Source of the DNA: Marsupella aquatica
Taxonomy: Eukaryota; Plantae; Marchantiophyta
Direction: 5' to 3'
Assembly (NCBI GenBank): GCA_973895155.1
Contig: OZ316893.1
Location: forward strand, 8,084,963 to 8,148,962
DNA: 64,000 nt
Every line of letters starts with the position of its first letter. The first letter of the stretch is position 1. The position numbers and the translations under genes were made by a program. Below are positions 63,622 through 64,000 of this stretch, piece by piece. The notes beneath the pieces are model-generated. The model was given only the letters and a program-made list of their open reading frames with translations. It was not told the origin of the DNA and ran no database searches.

Positions 63622-64000
63622 ATGGGTACAACAGCCGAGATGGCGTCTTCCTTTCTCGGTCCGGGTGTCATCGCGAACAGTGAGATGCTGCTCGGAGGCC
63701 GGTTTGGGAAGAAAGGGGAGTGCAGACCTAGCAGCAGTGGCCGGAAGGCTCTGAAAGGGCTCATGCTTGTGGTGGCCAGTGGAGGAGTAGCAGCTGGAGG
63801 TAGAGGAGGAGCTGGGGGACAAGCAGGAGGAGGAGGTGGAGGTGCAGAGGATGGAAGGACGCTGGTGAGTAGCAGCAGGTGGCTATACAGGGGAAACAGT
63901 CTGATTTCACAGACTGTTCTGCAGCCAGTTCCAATTGTTAAAGCGGAAGGACCGTGGAGAAGGGGTCTCCTGGAGCTAATTGGAGACATTTTGTCCGGAG
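63622..64000 (+). CDS. 5' end of an unidentified gene with a possible plastid transit peptide (runs off the window)
   Basis: The frame from ATG 63622/63640 is open to the window end: MASSFLGPGVIANSEMLLGGRFGKKGECRPSSSGRKALKGLMLVVAS followed by a Gly-rich stretch. Confidence 0.5.
   Translation, partial: MGTTAEMASSFLGPGVIANSEMLLGGRFGKKGECRPSSSGRKALKGLMLVVASGGVAAGGRGGAGGQAGGGGGGAEDGRTLVSSSRWLYRGNSLISQTVLQPVPIVKAEGPWRRGLLELIGDILSG

Overview
Eukaryotic nuclear DNA, most likely from a non-seed land plant (bryophyte-like): spliceosomal introns, a plant GT92 gene, and Copia, Gypsy, LINE and Helitron debris. The first 26 kb hold two diverged tandem copies (about 796-6637 and 16253-25622) of a minus-strand cassette. 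Each copy contains a degenerate upstream segment, an unknown multi-TM gene (broken), an intact ORF of 10-12 near-identical 43-aa ARM repeats with hypervariable groove residues, and decayed TPR exons. A TSD-bounded Copia element with a nested Gypsy-like fragment separates the copies. The rest holds a GALS-type GT92 gene, a LINE inside a ~120-bp tandem array, a multi-exon TMC channel gene, a divergent secreted EG45/DPBB gene, and a broken ABCE1 5' fragment just upstream of an ORF that runs off the window. The best candidates for new biology are the programmable-looking ARM arrays, the land-plant TMC gene and a 325-bp TRIM with tRNA-like Pol III boxes in its LTRs. All calls are by eye; no database searches were run.
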